Positions 26,812 to 37,907 of a stretch of DNA of 64,000 nt are shown one piece after another. Source of the DNA: Carcharhinus longimanus (lineage: Eukaryota); assembly GCA_030264375.1 (NCBI GenBank), contig JASCQW010000130.1, forward strand, positions 13,300,281 to 13,364,280, written 5' to 3'. Below the pieces are notes generated by a model that worked only from the letters and a program-made list of their open reading frames with translations, made no database searches and was not told the origin of the DNA. Every line of letters begins with the position of its first letter. The stretch's first letter is position 1. The translations under genes and the position numbers were made by a program.

Positions 26812-27533
26812 AGTGGGTGGGGCCTATTCCTGCTGCAGAGGCTGGCAGCATAGCGCTGAGTGGGCCACTATACATGCACTGATCGGTCAGCACCAAGATT
26901 GGCACATGCAGAGTGGCCCCGCACTGCCGGCCTCCCAGTTGCAACTTCCACATTGCCATCCATGTGACCACCCCCATGGCCTGACCACTGGCCCCTGAGC
27001 ATGCCTGGGGCCAGCCTCGATCAATCCTCCGCCCGCAATGCCGGCCTTCTGCCCTCCATGGCCAGATCGTTGGCCTCCCCATGAATGCTTGGGGCCAACC
27101 TCAACCACCCCACAACCTCAAACTCCCCCTTGATAGTGTAGGACCCACCCCACCGTGTTGACCACCCCCAACCCACAGACCCATTCCCCCCCGGCAGACT
27201 GTCCCCCAACCCAAGGGCCAGTGCTGATCACTAACCTCCTTCCCTGCCCCTCCAATTCCAACTGCAGAGTAGCAGCAGGATCCCCATCCCCACCAATCGT
27301 TCCCAGAGGCTCACCCCATTAGGCCTCGTCTGCATTTGGCCATGTCCCTACGGCACTGTTCTATGCCTGGTGGGCAGTGCCAAACTGCCCCCTGAGCATT
27401 GGCACTTGGGCATCTCAGAGGCACTGGCTGGCACTGCCAGGGTGCCAATGCCCAGGGGCAGACTCCCCCCCCCCCCACCCCCAAACGCTTTGAGGCACCC
27501 CAATTGCCCTCTCTTCACTCCAGCAGGGCCGGG
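26812..27533. mobile_element. GC-rich non-autonomous DNA transposon fragment
   Basis: Contains ggcactgcc/ggcagtgcc motifs shared with 28837-30083; truncated by a gap. Confidence 0.5.
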
Positions 27534-27633
27534 NNNNNNNNNNNNNNNNNNNNNNNNNNNNNNNNNNNNNNNNNNNNNNNNNNNNNNNNNNNNNNNNNNN
27601 NNNNNNNNNNNNNNNNNNNNNNNNNNNNNNNNN

Positions 27634-27712
27634 CCCAAGGATTGAGTCAGTTGCTCGGGTGTAATCCATACAAACTGACTGGCCTCAGAGAGGGAACCGC
27701 CCACATCTCGCA
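27634..27712 (+). mobile_element. 3' end of an LTR of the 22686 family
   Basis: cccaaggattgagtcagttgctcgggtgtaatccatacaaactgactggcctc is identical to ~23229-23281; ends ..tctcgCA followed by cgtggt. Confidence 0.85.
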
Positions 27713-27937
27713 CGTGGTCATCAGCAGATTCTTAATTCCTGGTTTTTATTGAATTCAAAGTCCACCATCTGCCATGGCGGTATTGGGTGGCGTGGACAAG
27801 TTGAGCCGAAGGGCCTGTTTCCACGCTATAATCCTCTATGATTCTATGACTCTATTCAAACCTGGGTCACCAGCGCATTAGTTGAGTTTCTGGATTAATA
27901 GTCTCGCGATAATACCATTAGGCCATCACCTCCCCTA
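27713..27937 (-). mobile_element. Family A SINE, part right of the LTR insertion (with a short CR1 tail insert)
   Basis: gtggtcatcagcagattcttaattcc continues the SINE broken at 22685; a ctatgattctatg tail lies at 27785-27855. Confidence 0.8.
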
Positions 27938-28059
27938 TTTTATACGGTGAAGTACATTATTTTACTTGGGGTAGAATGTCACTGTTTAAGGCTAGAAAGT
28001 CTAATAGCTCTCAAGTAAACATTGAGCTCATGGAGAAATCAGTTAAGAGGTTGTTGCTA

Positions 28060-28380
28060 TTAATGGTTAGCACTGGTGCCTCACAGGGCCAGGGACCTGG
28101 GTTCGATTCCTGCCTTGGGTCCCAGTCTACGTGGAGTTTGCATATTCTCCCCGCGTCTGCATGGGAGGGTGCTCCAGTTTCCTTCCCCAGTCCACAGAAG
28201 TGTAGATTAGGTGGATTGGTCATGCTAATTTGTCGCTTTGTGTCCCAAGATGTGAAGGTTAGAGGGGTAAATATCCGGGGTTCTAGAGATAGGGCCTGGA
28301 TGGGATGCTGTGTTGGAGAGTCAGCACAAATGTGATGGGCTGAATGGCCTCCTTCTGCACTGTGGTGATTCTATGATTGT
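28060..28380 (+). mobile_element. HE1-like SINE
   Basis: tggttagcactggtgcctcacag head and ggcctccttctgcactgt..ttctatga tail. Confidence 0.9.
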
Positions 28381-28836
28381 ATTCCACAATTTATCAGTTT
28401 GGAAGTTGCAGGCATTCTCTTCCAATATTTAGTATTTGTGGAGACTTGTGTTATTTTTAGTGTGACACACCACTGAGTGTTCTTGTCGAAAGTGTGATAA
28501 AGAAGTATAATAGGCAGGAAGTAAAGTCCAGATATATCGTCGTTATAAATACTGTTAGTGGATAGCCCATATCATTCTTATGGTGAATCAGATGATTATT
28601 GTGCTATGGTTTTAAGCCTCGAAGCAGCTGTCACGTTCTACCCCCTTGACATGAACACAACAAAAAGCATCACAATTGAAACCGTAGTCAGAATCACAAC
28701 TGAATAATAAAATGTGAGTAAATGATTTAAGTGCACATAGAATTTAGTAGCATCCACGTATGGATTAATATTACCTAAAACATCCAAACTTCATTAAACC
28801 TTGCTTGAGCTCACTGAGATTTAACTGAAACATGGA

Positions 28837-30083
28837 GGGCAATTCTCCCATCGTGACGCACAACTTTTCTGGTGGGTTGGGGTGGGAGGTTCTCATCACT
28901 GGCCTTGTTCTGGGATTTGTGTGTGCGCCGGAAACATATGCGCATCTCCCAGAGCCAGCGAACAGTCGCCAGTCAGATCGCTCTGGAAACCGATGGGAAG
29001 GCAGATAAGTAATTTGAATCTTTTTAAACTGTTGTAAAAATATATTTAGAAGGTCTTTATCGGGAACTTTCAGGTCCTGATCGAATCTCCAATCCTGCCA
29101 AGAGTGCTTCAATCCAGCGGAGTTCAGACTAACTCCCCGCGTCTGGAAACCCTGCCGGAATGAAGGGGAGGCAATCGGGGCCCCTCCCCTGGGATCAGGT
29201 GGCAGGGGTGTGGTGCCCCCAGGGCACTGCCCAAAGGGCAAAGTGCCAATGCCTGGGGACACCTTGGCACTGCCCACCAAGCATTGGGCAGTGCCAAGGG
29301 AGAAGGGGGCTCAACTTGGCAGGGTCTAGGGGCAATCGGTGGGATTGGGAGGGGCTCCCACTGCCACCCTGCAGATAGGATTGATTTGAGCTCACGGGAG
29401 AGCAGCAATTGGGGCGGGCTGGGAGGAGGGGTGGTCTGCCCATGGGCAGAGGTCTGACCCTAGGGGGGAGGGGATCAGCAGAGTGGAGGGGGGAGTCTGC
29501 CGGGGTGAGGGGGCGGGAGGTCGCCACTGCTCGGGGGTGGAAGGGGTGGTGGACTGTGCACCAGAGCGCTCCGGGACGGTGAGGAGCTGTCAGGGCTGGC
29601 CCAGGAATTGTTGTGAGGGCCACAGTTAGGCCATGGGGTGGGGGGGGTGGCTGGAGGGACAGCATTGCAATGGTCCCGGGCTGGCCAGCGATTGAGCTGG
29701 CCAGCAAACAGGGAGACTGACAGATCAGGACCACTGCACGTGCACAGAGTTCCAGAGTTATCAGACTTCGGCGCAAATAGCACCCTCCCTCCACCGCCGC
29801 TTCTCCCCCCCCCCCCCGGNNNNNNNNNNNNNNNNNNNNNNNNNNNNNNNNNNNNNNNNNNNNNNNNNNNNNNNNNNNNNNNNNNNNNNNNNNNNNNNNG
29901 GCGCAAATAGCACCCTCCCTCCACCTCCGCTTCTCCCCACCCCCCCAGGTTTTTAATGAGATTCCCGACTAGGACTTTTGCAGTGCACAGAGTGGGAGAT
30001 TCAGGTGAGAAGGTGAACTGACAAAACAGTCAGGATTTAGAACAGTTTTCCCGCCAGTTCAGCACTTCTGGGTGAATCACGGC
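28837..30083. mobile_element. GC-rich non-autonomous DNA transposon (Harbinger-like termini)
   Basis: gggcaattctccca ... tgggtgaatcacggcc imperfect TIRs; interior has ggcactgccc motifs. Confidence 0.6.
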
Positions 30084-30837
30084 CACGCTTGCTAAAAGAT
30101 CAGTGCGTTTTGCGCGAGATTGTTCTGGTGGCCGTTTCCATACTGACTTTAACACAGAATGATCGAAATGAAAAGTTCTGACATTGGATTGTGGCCATGG
30201 AATTTTGCTGATGCTTATGGATGTGATGTGCCTTCCAGAAGGAGACCATGACCCTGTTTAACGAGACACAGATTTACATCTCTTAGATGCTCAAATAGCT
30301 TGTTTACCTTCTGATGAATTTGAAACCAGTGAAGATGTACATCAACCATATACCAACTGAAGAAACAAGCAGCAGTATGAGTTGATATAATTTGTATCCA
30401 TGTTAGTATCTATTAAAACTGCAGAGCTGTTCCAGCATTGTAGTGTGACTGAACTTCATAATCCCAATTATCTGGATTACCAATCTTGATCATTACAATG
30501 TGAAATTTAGGGAGGAATCATAAGCAGGTTGCTTATAAAGTTAGTAACCTCTGATTCTGTCCCATCACAAGACATTATGGCAGTAATTTCAGGTACACTT
30601 GACGCACCTCTCATAAAGAGATTGGTCATTGGAATCGATCACCTTCTGTTCTAATGCAGCAGCCCCTTAGGACTGCAATATTAGTGAATTTCTATGGAAA
30701 CATGTGCCAGAGCTTTCCAATAAAGACATTTTTGGGACATGACATTCTGTACCGAAATTCATTTCGTCTCAATCCCATCAGACCTTTGGAACTTGGTCTA
30801 AGTTAACACAATTTTGCTAGGTTCCTAGTGGTATAGT

Positions 30838-30985
30838 TCACCATTGCTCTCCCCATGGCAGTGCCTTAACCAATTGGAGTTGCTCTGCCGACCAATGAAC
30901 ACCCTTTTCTCCTGTGATTGTTTGAAATTTGGCATTCCTGCATTTGTCCTGATCAGTGCAAATGAAAATTTTGCAACAGCCAGCC
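30838..30985 (+). mobile_element. Penelope-like pLTR fragment (second family) with degenerate hammerhead
   Basis: ccaat..cacccttttctcc..tttgaaatttggcattc..gtcctgatcagtgcaaatgaaa has a CTGATGA/GAAA-like core with substitutions. Confidence 0.45.
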
Positions 30986-32844
30986 TTTAGTTGGCCAGCC
31001 AATATGAAATGGTGCGTGCTTGACATTCTTGGGTGGAAACAGAGAACAGGGTTGCTCTGGTCCCACCCATTATGCATGTCGAATAAGAACGAAACTCAGG
31101 CCCAGAGATAGCTTGGGAAATGAGTACAAGGGCAGGATCCTAATATTGCAATGTCCTCCAAACCTTCCATTTTTATCATTTCACTTCCACTTAAAGCAAA
31201 CAGTTAAATTATAATACTAAACATAGTAACTGTACACAAGACATAGATCAAGATTATGACAGAACTAAACATTTGCACACATTCCTGTAATTGATGACTT
31301 TTATTGAATTTTATCTCGGTATAAATAGTTAAATGATTAATACTGCCACGCCCAGTTCTGCTCAAAAACAATTTGAACTTCTTTGTCCAGCATTCTTTGG
31401 ATATCATTTCTCAAGGTTATACTTTCACTTTTGTATAGTGCTGTTGATCACACGTAACAAATAGGCATCTTCTTATAACTAGCTTGATTCTGCGACTGTT
31501 CACAAACACCTCCGCAATGCCAAATTCCTGTTACTGTCATCTTCTGTTTAACTTTTTTGTTACTTTACTTTCTTTTGGCTATTAGATAATGTAGGTAGAA
31601 AATTTGAATGACTTGTTCCAATTTCAGGTTAGCAATCTCAGGGTTATTTTGGAAGCACTCTTCTTTTCTGAAAGTATTGTTTCTGGTTTTCCCAGCAGAA
31701 GTAACTATGAAAGTGATGACAATATGGACAGCAGGACTGAAATTCCATCGATGTGGAATCAGCTAGCTCAGTTCACTGCCTCAGTACCACCAACACTAGA
31801 ATGTCAGAATAGAGCTAGTATGCAACATTGTTCCCTAGCCACATAGAGATGGAAACAGTTTTAGACAGGCCATGTAGCTATTGAAACATTTGTAGCTGTA
31901 TTTTTCAATTGATTTTTTTTGGGTAGGGGTATGGGATGTGGCGCAGGTTTTAGGTTTGGCTTTTTGCTGTAAGATTTCTAATTATACATTCTCACTCATC
32001 AACAAGGCGGAGTATGGATTTCCCTTTCTAGAATGTCCATTCCATCTATCTTATTTGACAAAGAAAGGAGCGCAGGGAAGCAAAAGCAGAATATACGAAA
32101 ATCTCAGTAGGTCTGACAACTTTGGTAGAGAGAGAACAGAGTTAACATTTTGAGTCTGGATGACCCTTTGTCACAGCAAAGCTGGTTAAGGATTATAGAA
32201 AGTTTTAAGCAAAAAAGCAGACAGCTTTATTATTAGATGTCCAACGTACAGACTTGAATTTCCTAACTGCCAACCACCTGGGGAAACCCTGAGCAGTGAT
32301 TATGTGACCATCAAACTTAACTTAAATGTGCAACCTTAAACCTATCTTCTCTGTCCCTCCTTGGTGTCTGATATCACTTTGTGGTTCTTTTCCTGCTGTG
32401 TTGCTACAAGGATTTACAAACAAGGAAGTTGGTCATTGCACCCACACTGTAACCATTGCATTGTCTGAAGAAATGGACGGTTCAATGCTACATTAGTCAT
32501 CTGTCTGAATTTCCACTTACTTGGCTCAGTGTCAAATTTTGTTCGATGATCACTGCTGTGAAGCATCTTGGGATTTTTTCCAATGCTAAAAAACTCACTG
32601 AAATACTAACTGTTGGTGTTGAATGCCAGTTTAGATGCAAAAGTAACATTATTATAAGTAAAGTCCAGATTGATTGCGATTGTGATTTTGATGTGTTAGT
32701 TTTTCCAATATAAAGTAATTAACACAAATAGTAAAATATACCCCTTAAATGATTATGGAGCTGACCCCGACATTTTTCGGGAGTTCCATCAGTCTGACAT
32801 TGTAAAACTAATATATACATATGATTAGTGTACATTCGGACATA

Positions 32845-33805
32845 CAGACATACGAATTAGGAGCAGGAATAGGCCGTTCAACTGCTCAAGCCTGCTTTTC
32901 CTGTCATCATGGCTGATCTGGTTATGGCTTCAATAGCGTTATCCTGCCCACACATTTTCCCTTTAATTCTCTTGTTAGTCAAGAATCAATCTACTTCTAT
33001 CTTAAAAATATTCAATGACTCTACCTTGATCAATCTTTGGGGAGAGAGATTTCCAAACATTCATGGCCCTCTGAGAGAAACAATTTCTCCTTATCTCCAT
33101 CTTAAATGAGAGACCCCTTTGGGAGATTTTTCCAGCAACTATTGCAATCGAGAATGGAGAACTTTGCTCACAAGCAAATCTCCATCTACTGCAGTGGGAG
33201 CAAAGATTCCCATTGGTGTGAATGAACCAGAAAATTCCAGCCCTCATTTTTAAATGGTGTCCCCTAATTCTGGTGTTTCCTAAAAGGAAACATCTTTTCA
33301 GTATTTTAAATGTTATTTAAAAGACAAAATTGTACCATCTGTCCTGCTAACTCATTCCAGATACTCACCACCCTCTGTGTGAGAAGATTACCCATCTGGA
33401 CCCTTCTGTGTTCCTCCCCTTTCACCTTAAACCTATGTCCTCTAATTTTAGACTTGCCTATTTTTGGGAAAAGATATTGACTATCCAGCTGATCTATGAT
33501 CCTCATTATTTATAGACCTCTATAAGATCACCGCTAAACTTCCTAAGATCCAGGGGAAAAAGTCCCAGCCTATCCAGCTTCTCCTGACAACTCAAACCAC
33601 CAAGTCCAAGTAGCATCCTAGTAAATCTTTTCTGCACTCTTTCTAGTTTAATAATATCTTTTCCATAATAGGGTGACCAGAACCATACACAGTATTCCAA
33701 GTGAGGCCTTACCAATGTCTTGTACAATTTCAACACATCCCAACTCCTGTATTTAATGTTCTGACCAATGAAACCAAGCATGCCGAATGCCTTCTTCACC
33801 ACTCT
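32845..33805 (-). mobile_element. CR1 LINE fragments (two subfamilies) with a MITE at ~33119-33243
   Basis: ORF 33506-33802 reads LYKTLVRPHLEYCVWFWSPYY..LERVQKRFTRML; ORF 33306-33506 reads RGHRFKV..TQRVVSIWN. Confidence 0.92.
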
Positions 33806-34639
33806 GATACTTTAGTTTTTTTTTCTGTTTCAAGTATTTGCTGAATTAGNNNNNNNNNNNNNNNNNNNNNNNNNNNNNNNNNNNNNNNNNNNNNNNNNNN
33901 NNNNNNNNNNNNNNNNNNNNNNNNNNNNNNNNNNNNNNNNNNNNNNNNNTGTTTCAAGTATTTGCTGAATTAGTGCCTATTAACAGATTTTATTTTAATT
34001 TAGGTTTCATAGCCATTCAGCTTTTTATTTCCTCCTAACTTAGATTGGAAAGTTTGTCAGCTTTCTTCCTGTTATCCTTCTGTAGAAGAAGTTGTCGGCT
34101 TTAGATCCACAGGCATCATGTGAGCACTATGGATGTACCTACACCACATGGCCTACAGCGCTTCAAGAAGGCAGACAACTGCGACCTTCTCAAGGGCGGT
34201 TAAGGATGTGGGCAAGAAATTCTGGCCTAGCCAGCAACACCCACACCCAGTGAAAGAATAAACAAAAAAATAACCAATATTTACATGTATGTTTTAGCAG
34301 TGAGTGTTAGCAGAATGTTTAATCCCAGGCTTGTCGTATTCAAAATAAATGCTGCCCTTGCCTCGCACCCACAAGCAATTCTGACGGCAACATGTCTGCT
34401 ATAAGCTGGTGACTAGGCTTATCATGGTATACACTATTCACATAGATGTGAAAACAGGTAGCATCTCATAGGAAACTGCCAGGGTAAACCTACTTGGATG
34501 GTTGTTGTTCGTGCAAGTTCCATTTAATATGAGATTAGTGCAAGAAAATGGCACTGAGGTGGAAAATAAGTCATGTCAATTTGTGTGGGGGAGTAGGCTT
34601 GAGGGGCCAAGTGGCCTACTACTATTTTCTATATTCCTG

Positions 34640-35090
34640 TGTTCTTAACCTGTTCCACGTTTACTTCTGGTCCTCCCAAACTCTGACCTTCCAGTTTTAT
34701 CATCGTTGAATATGCATAGTTACTGGACCCACATTGCAGCTGGAATTTACCATTATAATCCTGGGCAAACTCACTCCCTATGCAGAATCCTCTCCTCCAA
34801 CCTTCTCCAACTCCAAACTCTCTGTTCCTCTGACTCTGACCTGTTGTATATGTTCCTTCCCCTTCTCTGCTAATCCTGCCACTGGCAGCCATGACCTCAA
34901 ATGCTTAGAATTTTGGAATTCTCTCCACTATCCCAACTCACATATCTTCTTTAAACTCCTCCTTGAAACCTAACTCTCTAAAGAAGCTCTTTGTTACCCC
35001 TTCCAATATCTCATTCTCTAGCTCAATATGAATCTACTTTGGACACTTTTCTCACTTATAGATGCTATATAAATGCAAGTTATTGTTGAT
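34640..35090 (+). mobile_element. L2 LINE 3' end
   Basis: tggaattctctcc..ctccttgaaacctaactctct..gatgctatataaatgcaagttattgttg is an L2-type terminus. Confidence 0.7.
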
Positions 35091-35962
35091 TTGCAAACGG
35101 CTGCACTGTGGCTTGGAGCAGGATTTCCCTGGGATCAAGGGCACTGGGGGGATGGGGAGGGGGGTGGAAATCCCACCTCCCAAGAGCAGCTGACAAATGA
35201 GAGCCCAGCAACTGTGCATTGCAAGCAGCACATCTGGGAGCAGTGGTAGCTGCTGGCAATGTACCCAACAGGGTAAGATCAGTGAGAGATCCAGGCTACA
35301 GGTGAGTGGGGTGTGTGATGGGGGTAGCGGGATGGGGGCTGCTGGCTAGGAGAGGCAGCAGGTCAGAAGAAAGGGCATGGAGATGGTTTTCGTCATCTCA
35401 AGGCTTGGCCCCTCAATCAAACACTGAGTGTATTTGGACAAGGGTTCCCCATGGAAGCTGGCAAGAAAGCATAATAGGGTTTGCTTTTCAAGTTCCCCAC
35501 ATGGCAATTGCCCTGCTTGAGCTGGCTGAATATAAGCTGTGGCTAGTTGGGGCTCTGAAGTGGAGATTAATTGCCCACTCAAGGGCCTCAATTGGCAGTG
35601 GGGCAGCAAGGCTGCCTATCAGCCTTCCTATCCCAGGGTTAATCAAGGTGGAGGTAGGAAGACAGTGTCATCCTCACTCTCTAGCCTTTTTAAATGTCAC
35701 CTCATCACCAAACTCAACTTGCCAGAGGGCATTAAGTCCTACCCACCACCTGTATTGATAGCCCTCATATGTTGAATTAGGAAACAGTTATTGATTGCAG
35801 TAAAAATTGCTGTTTGGGAGCTGCCTATCTCTTGTGCTGCCTCCCATCTGTCTACCTTGTAGATGGATAACTGAAGTCTCCAACCACTATTACATTCCTT
35901 TCATTAGCTACCTTACTGGTTCGGTATCACAGCTATGGATCCTCTCCCACCTACCTCTAGAG

Positions 35963-36437
35963 TAATGATGGGCAATCTAGGCTAGTGAGTGGGCCACACG
36001 AGTTGCCCTCCTTCATCGCAGTGGACCACAAGAATGAAATTGGGCTTGTTCACTGACTGTGATCCTTGAATAAGATTGAATACGTTTAATGTGTGCCGAA
36101 TATTTCATAAAGAGTTATAGAAAATGCTTAATCATTTATATATTAATGGAACTATCATCAATTTCAAATAGTAGTAACAAAATAACTATTTACACCTTGG
36201 GGTGCACGACTTTCACAGTCAGTGTTGGTTGCAATCAGCACGCACCTCATAATCACTTGCCCTTGCTTTACATGCATATCACTTCAGTTATACTGGTAGG
36301 AAAATACTACATGAGCAGAAATCAGCAGAATGTGACAACCCTGCACGTGGGCAACAATCAACAAAATATCTCATGGGCCGCATTCAGAATCCTGATGGGC
36401 TGCATGTGGCCTCTGGGCTGTAAAATGCCCACTGCTG
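35963..36437. mobile_element. hAT-Charlie-like non-autonomous transposon
   Basis: TIRs taatgatgggca / tgcccactgctg; 8-bp TSD ctctagag and atctagag, matching the NTCTAGAN Charlie target preference. Confidence 0.8.
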
Positions 36438-36514
36438 ATCTAGAGCATAATCTTAGATGAACACTTGCATTTCTATTCATTCTACTTCCATCCACTTCCA
36501 TCACTTTCAGTATT

Positions 36515-36935
36515 AACCCAAGACCATAAAAACTACAAAAGGTCATGAATGTAACCCAATCCATCACACCGAACAGCCTCCCACCCACTGACTCTGTCTA
36601 TATTTTCCACTGCCTCGGCGAAGTAGCCAGCATAGTTAAGGACCCCACGCATCCTGGACATTCTCTCTTCCACCTTCCTCCATCAGGAAAAATATATGAA
36701 AGTCTGATGTCACGTACTAACTGAGTCAAGAACAGCTTCTTCCTTGCTGCCAACAAACAGTTGAATGGACCCATCTTGCATTAAGTTGATCTTTCTCTAC
36801 ACCTTAGCTATGACTGTAACACTAAATTTTGCACTCTCTCATTTCCTTCCCTATGAACAGTATGCTTTTTCTGTGTAGCACAAGAAACAATACTTTTCAC
36901 TGTATACTAATACACATGACAATAATAAATCAAAA
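36515..36935 (+). mobile_element. Rex1/Babar LINE 3' end
   Basis: Encodes IVKDPTHPGHSLFHLPPSG and KNSFF, the Rex1 C-terminal signature, followed by an AATAAA-containing tail. Confidence 0.85.
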
Positions 36936-37907
36936 AGATTTGTGTTTCATTTATATTNNNNNNNNNNNNNNNNNNNNNNNNNNNNNNNNNNNNNNNNNNN
37001 NNNNNNNNNNNNNNNNNNNNNNNNNNNNNNNNNNNNNNNNNNNNNNNNNNNNNNNNNNNNNNNNNNNNNNNNNNNNNNNNNNNNNNNNNNNNNNNNNNNN
37101 NNNNNNNNNNNNNNNNNNNNNNNNNNNNNNNNNNNNNNNNNNNNNNNNNNNNNNNNNNNNNNNNNNNNNNNNNNNNNNNNNNNNNNNNNNNNNNNNNNNN
37201 NNNNNNNNNNNNNNNNNNNNNNNNNNNNNNNNNNNNNNNNGACACAACAACCTCCCCCCCGCCCCCCCACCCCAGAAACATCTCTGAGGAAAACCTGAGC
37301 CTCAGTCGAACTTGAAATAGCATATGGTGATAGGTACTGACTGGAGACATCTTGAGATCTGGTGTGAGTGGTCCTGCAGGAAGGGAGCTGCATTCTGTGA
37401 GGGTCTCCCAATCAACTTTAAAAAACATTGACAGAAGTCTTAGAGGACCATGGACTTACATCATTTAACCTAGGCTTTCTACCAGTGTTGGTGCAAGAAC
37501 CATGTGAAATTTTTAATCCAGATACTTATCGTTAAAAAAGCATGCATTCACAAATTTAATAAGCTCAGGGCATGACAGCAGTTGCGCATTTACAGTTAAA
37601 ATATTATACTCAAAGCAATGATAAAACCTTTTATATCTTCAAAGTCTCTTAATGCTGTCTTTAGGAGTTAGGGCAGCAAGGCGTGTTCTATAGGTAGTGT
37701 TGAATTTATATTCCCTGTTGCTGAATCTTAAAGAGCTGCAGTGATGTGTGGGTGAGTAGGTAAAGAATGCTGAATTGCCAAAGTGCCTTTAATTGTGGTT
37801 GTTATTTTGTGACAATGAGGTGTTTATCACAATAAACTATATCAAGGAATAGAGATGAAATTGTCTGTTGTGCTTTCTGCAAGAGCTGTCATTCTCCTAA
37901 TAGGTAA

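Noticed and set aside
28771-29924. Overlapping Pro/Gly-rich ORFs
   Set aside because: They arise from the GC-rich transposon interior and show no recognisable domain.
29770-29948. Direct repeat gcgcaaatagcaccctccctccacc on both sides of a gap
   Set aside because: Probably an assembly overlap or allelic duplication at a poly-C tract.
33826-33973. Direct repeat tgtttcaagtatttgctgaattag on both sides of a gap
   Set aside because: Most likely unmerged contig overlap, an assembly artefact.
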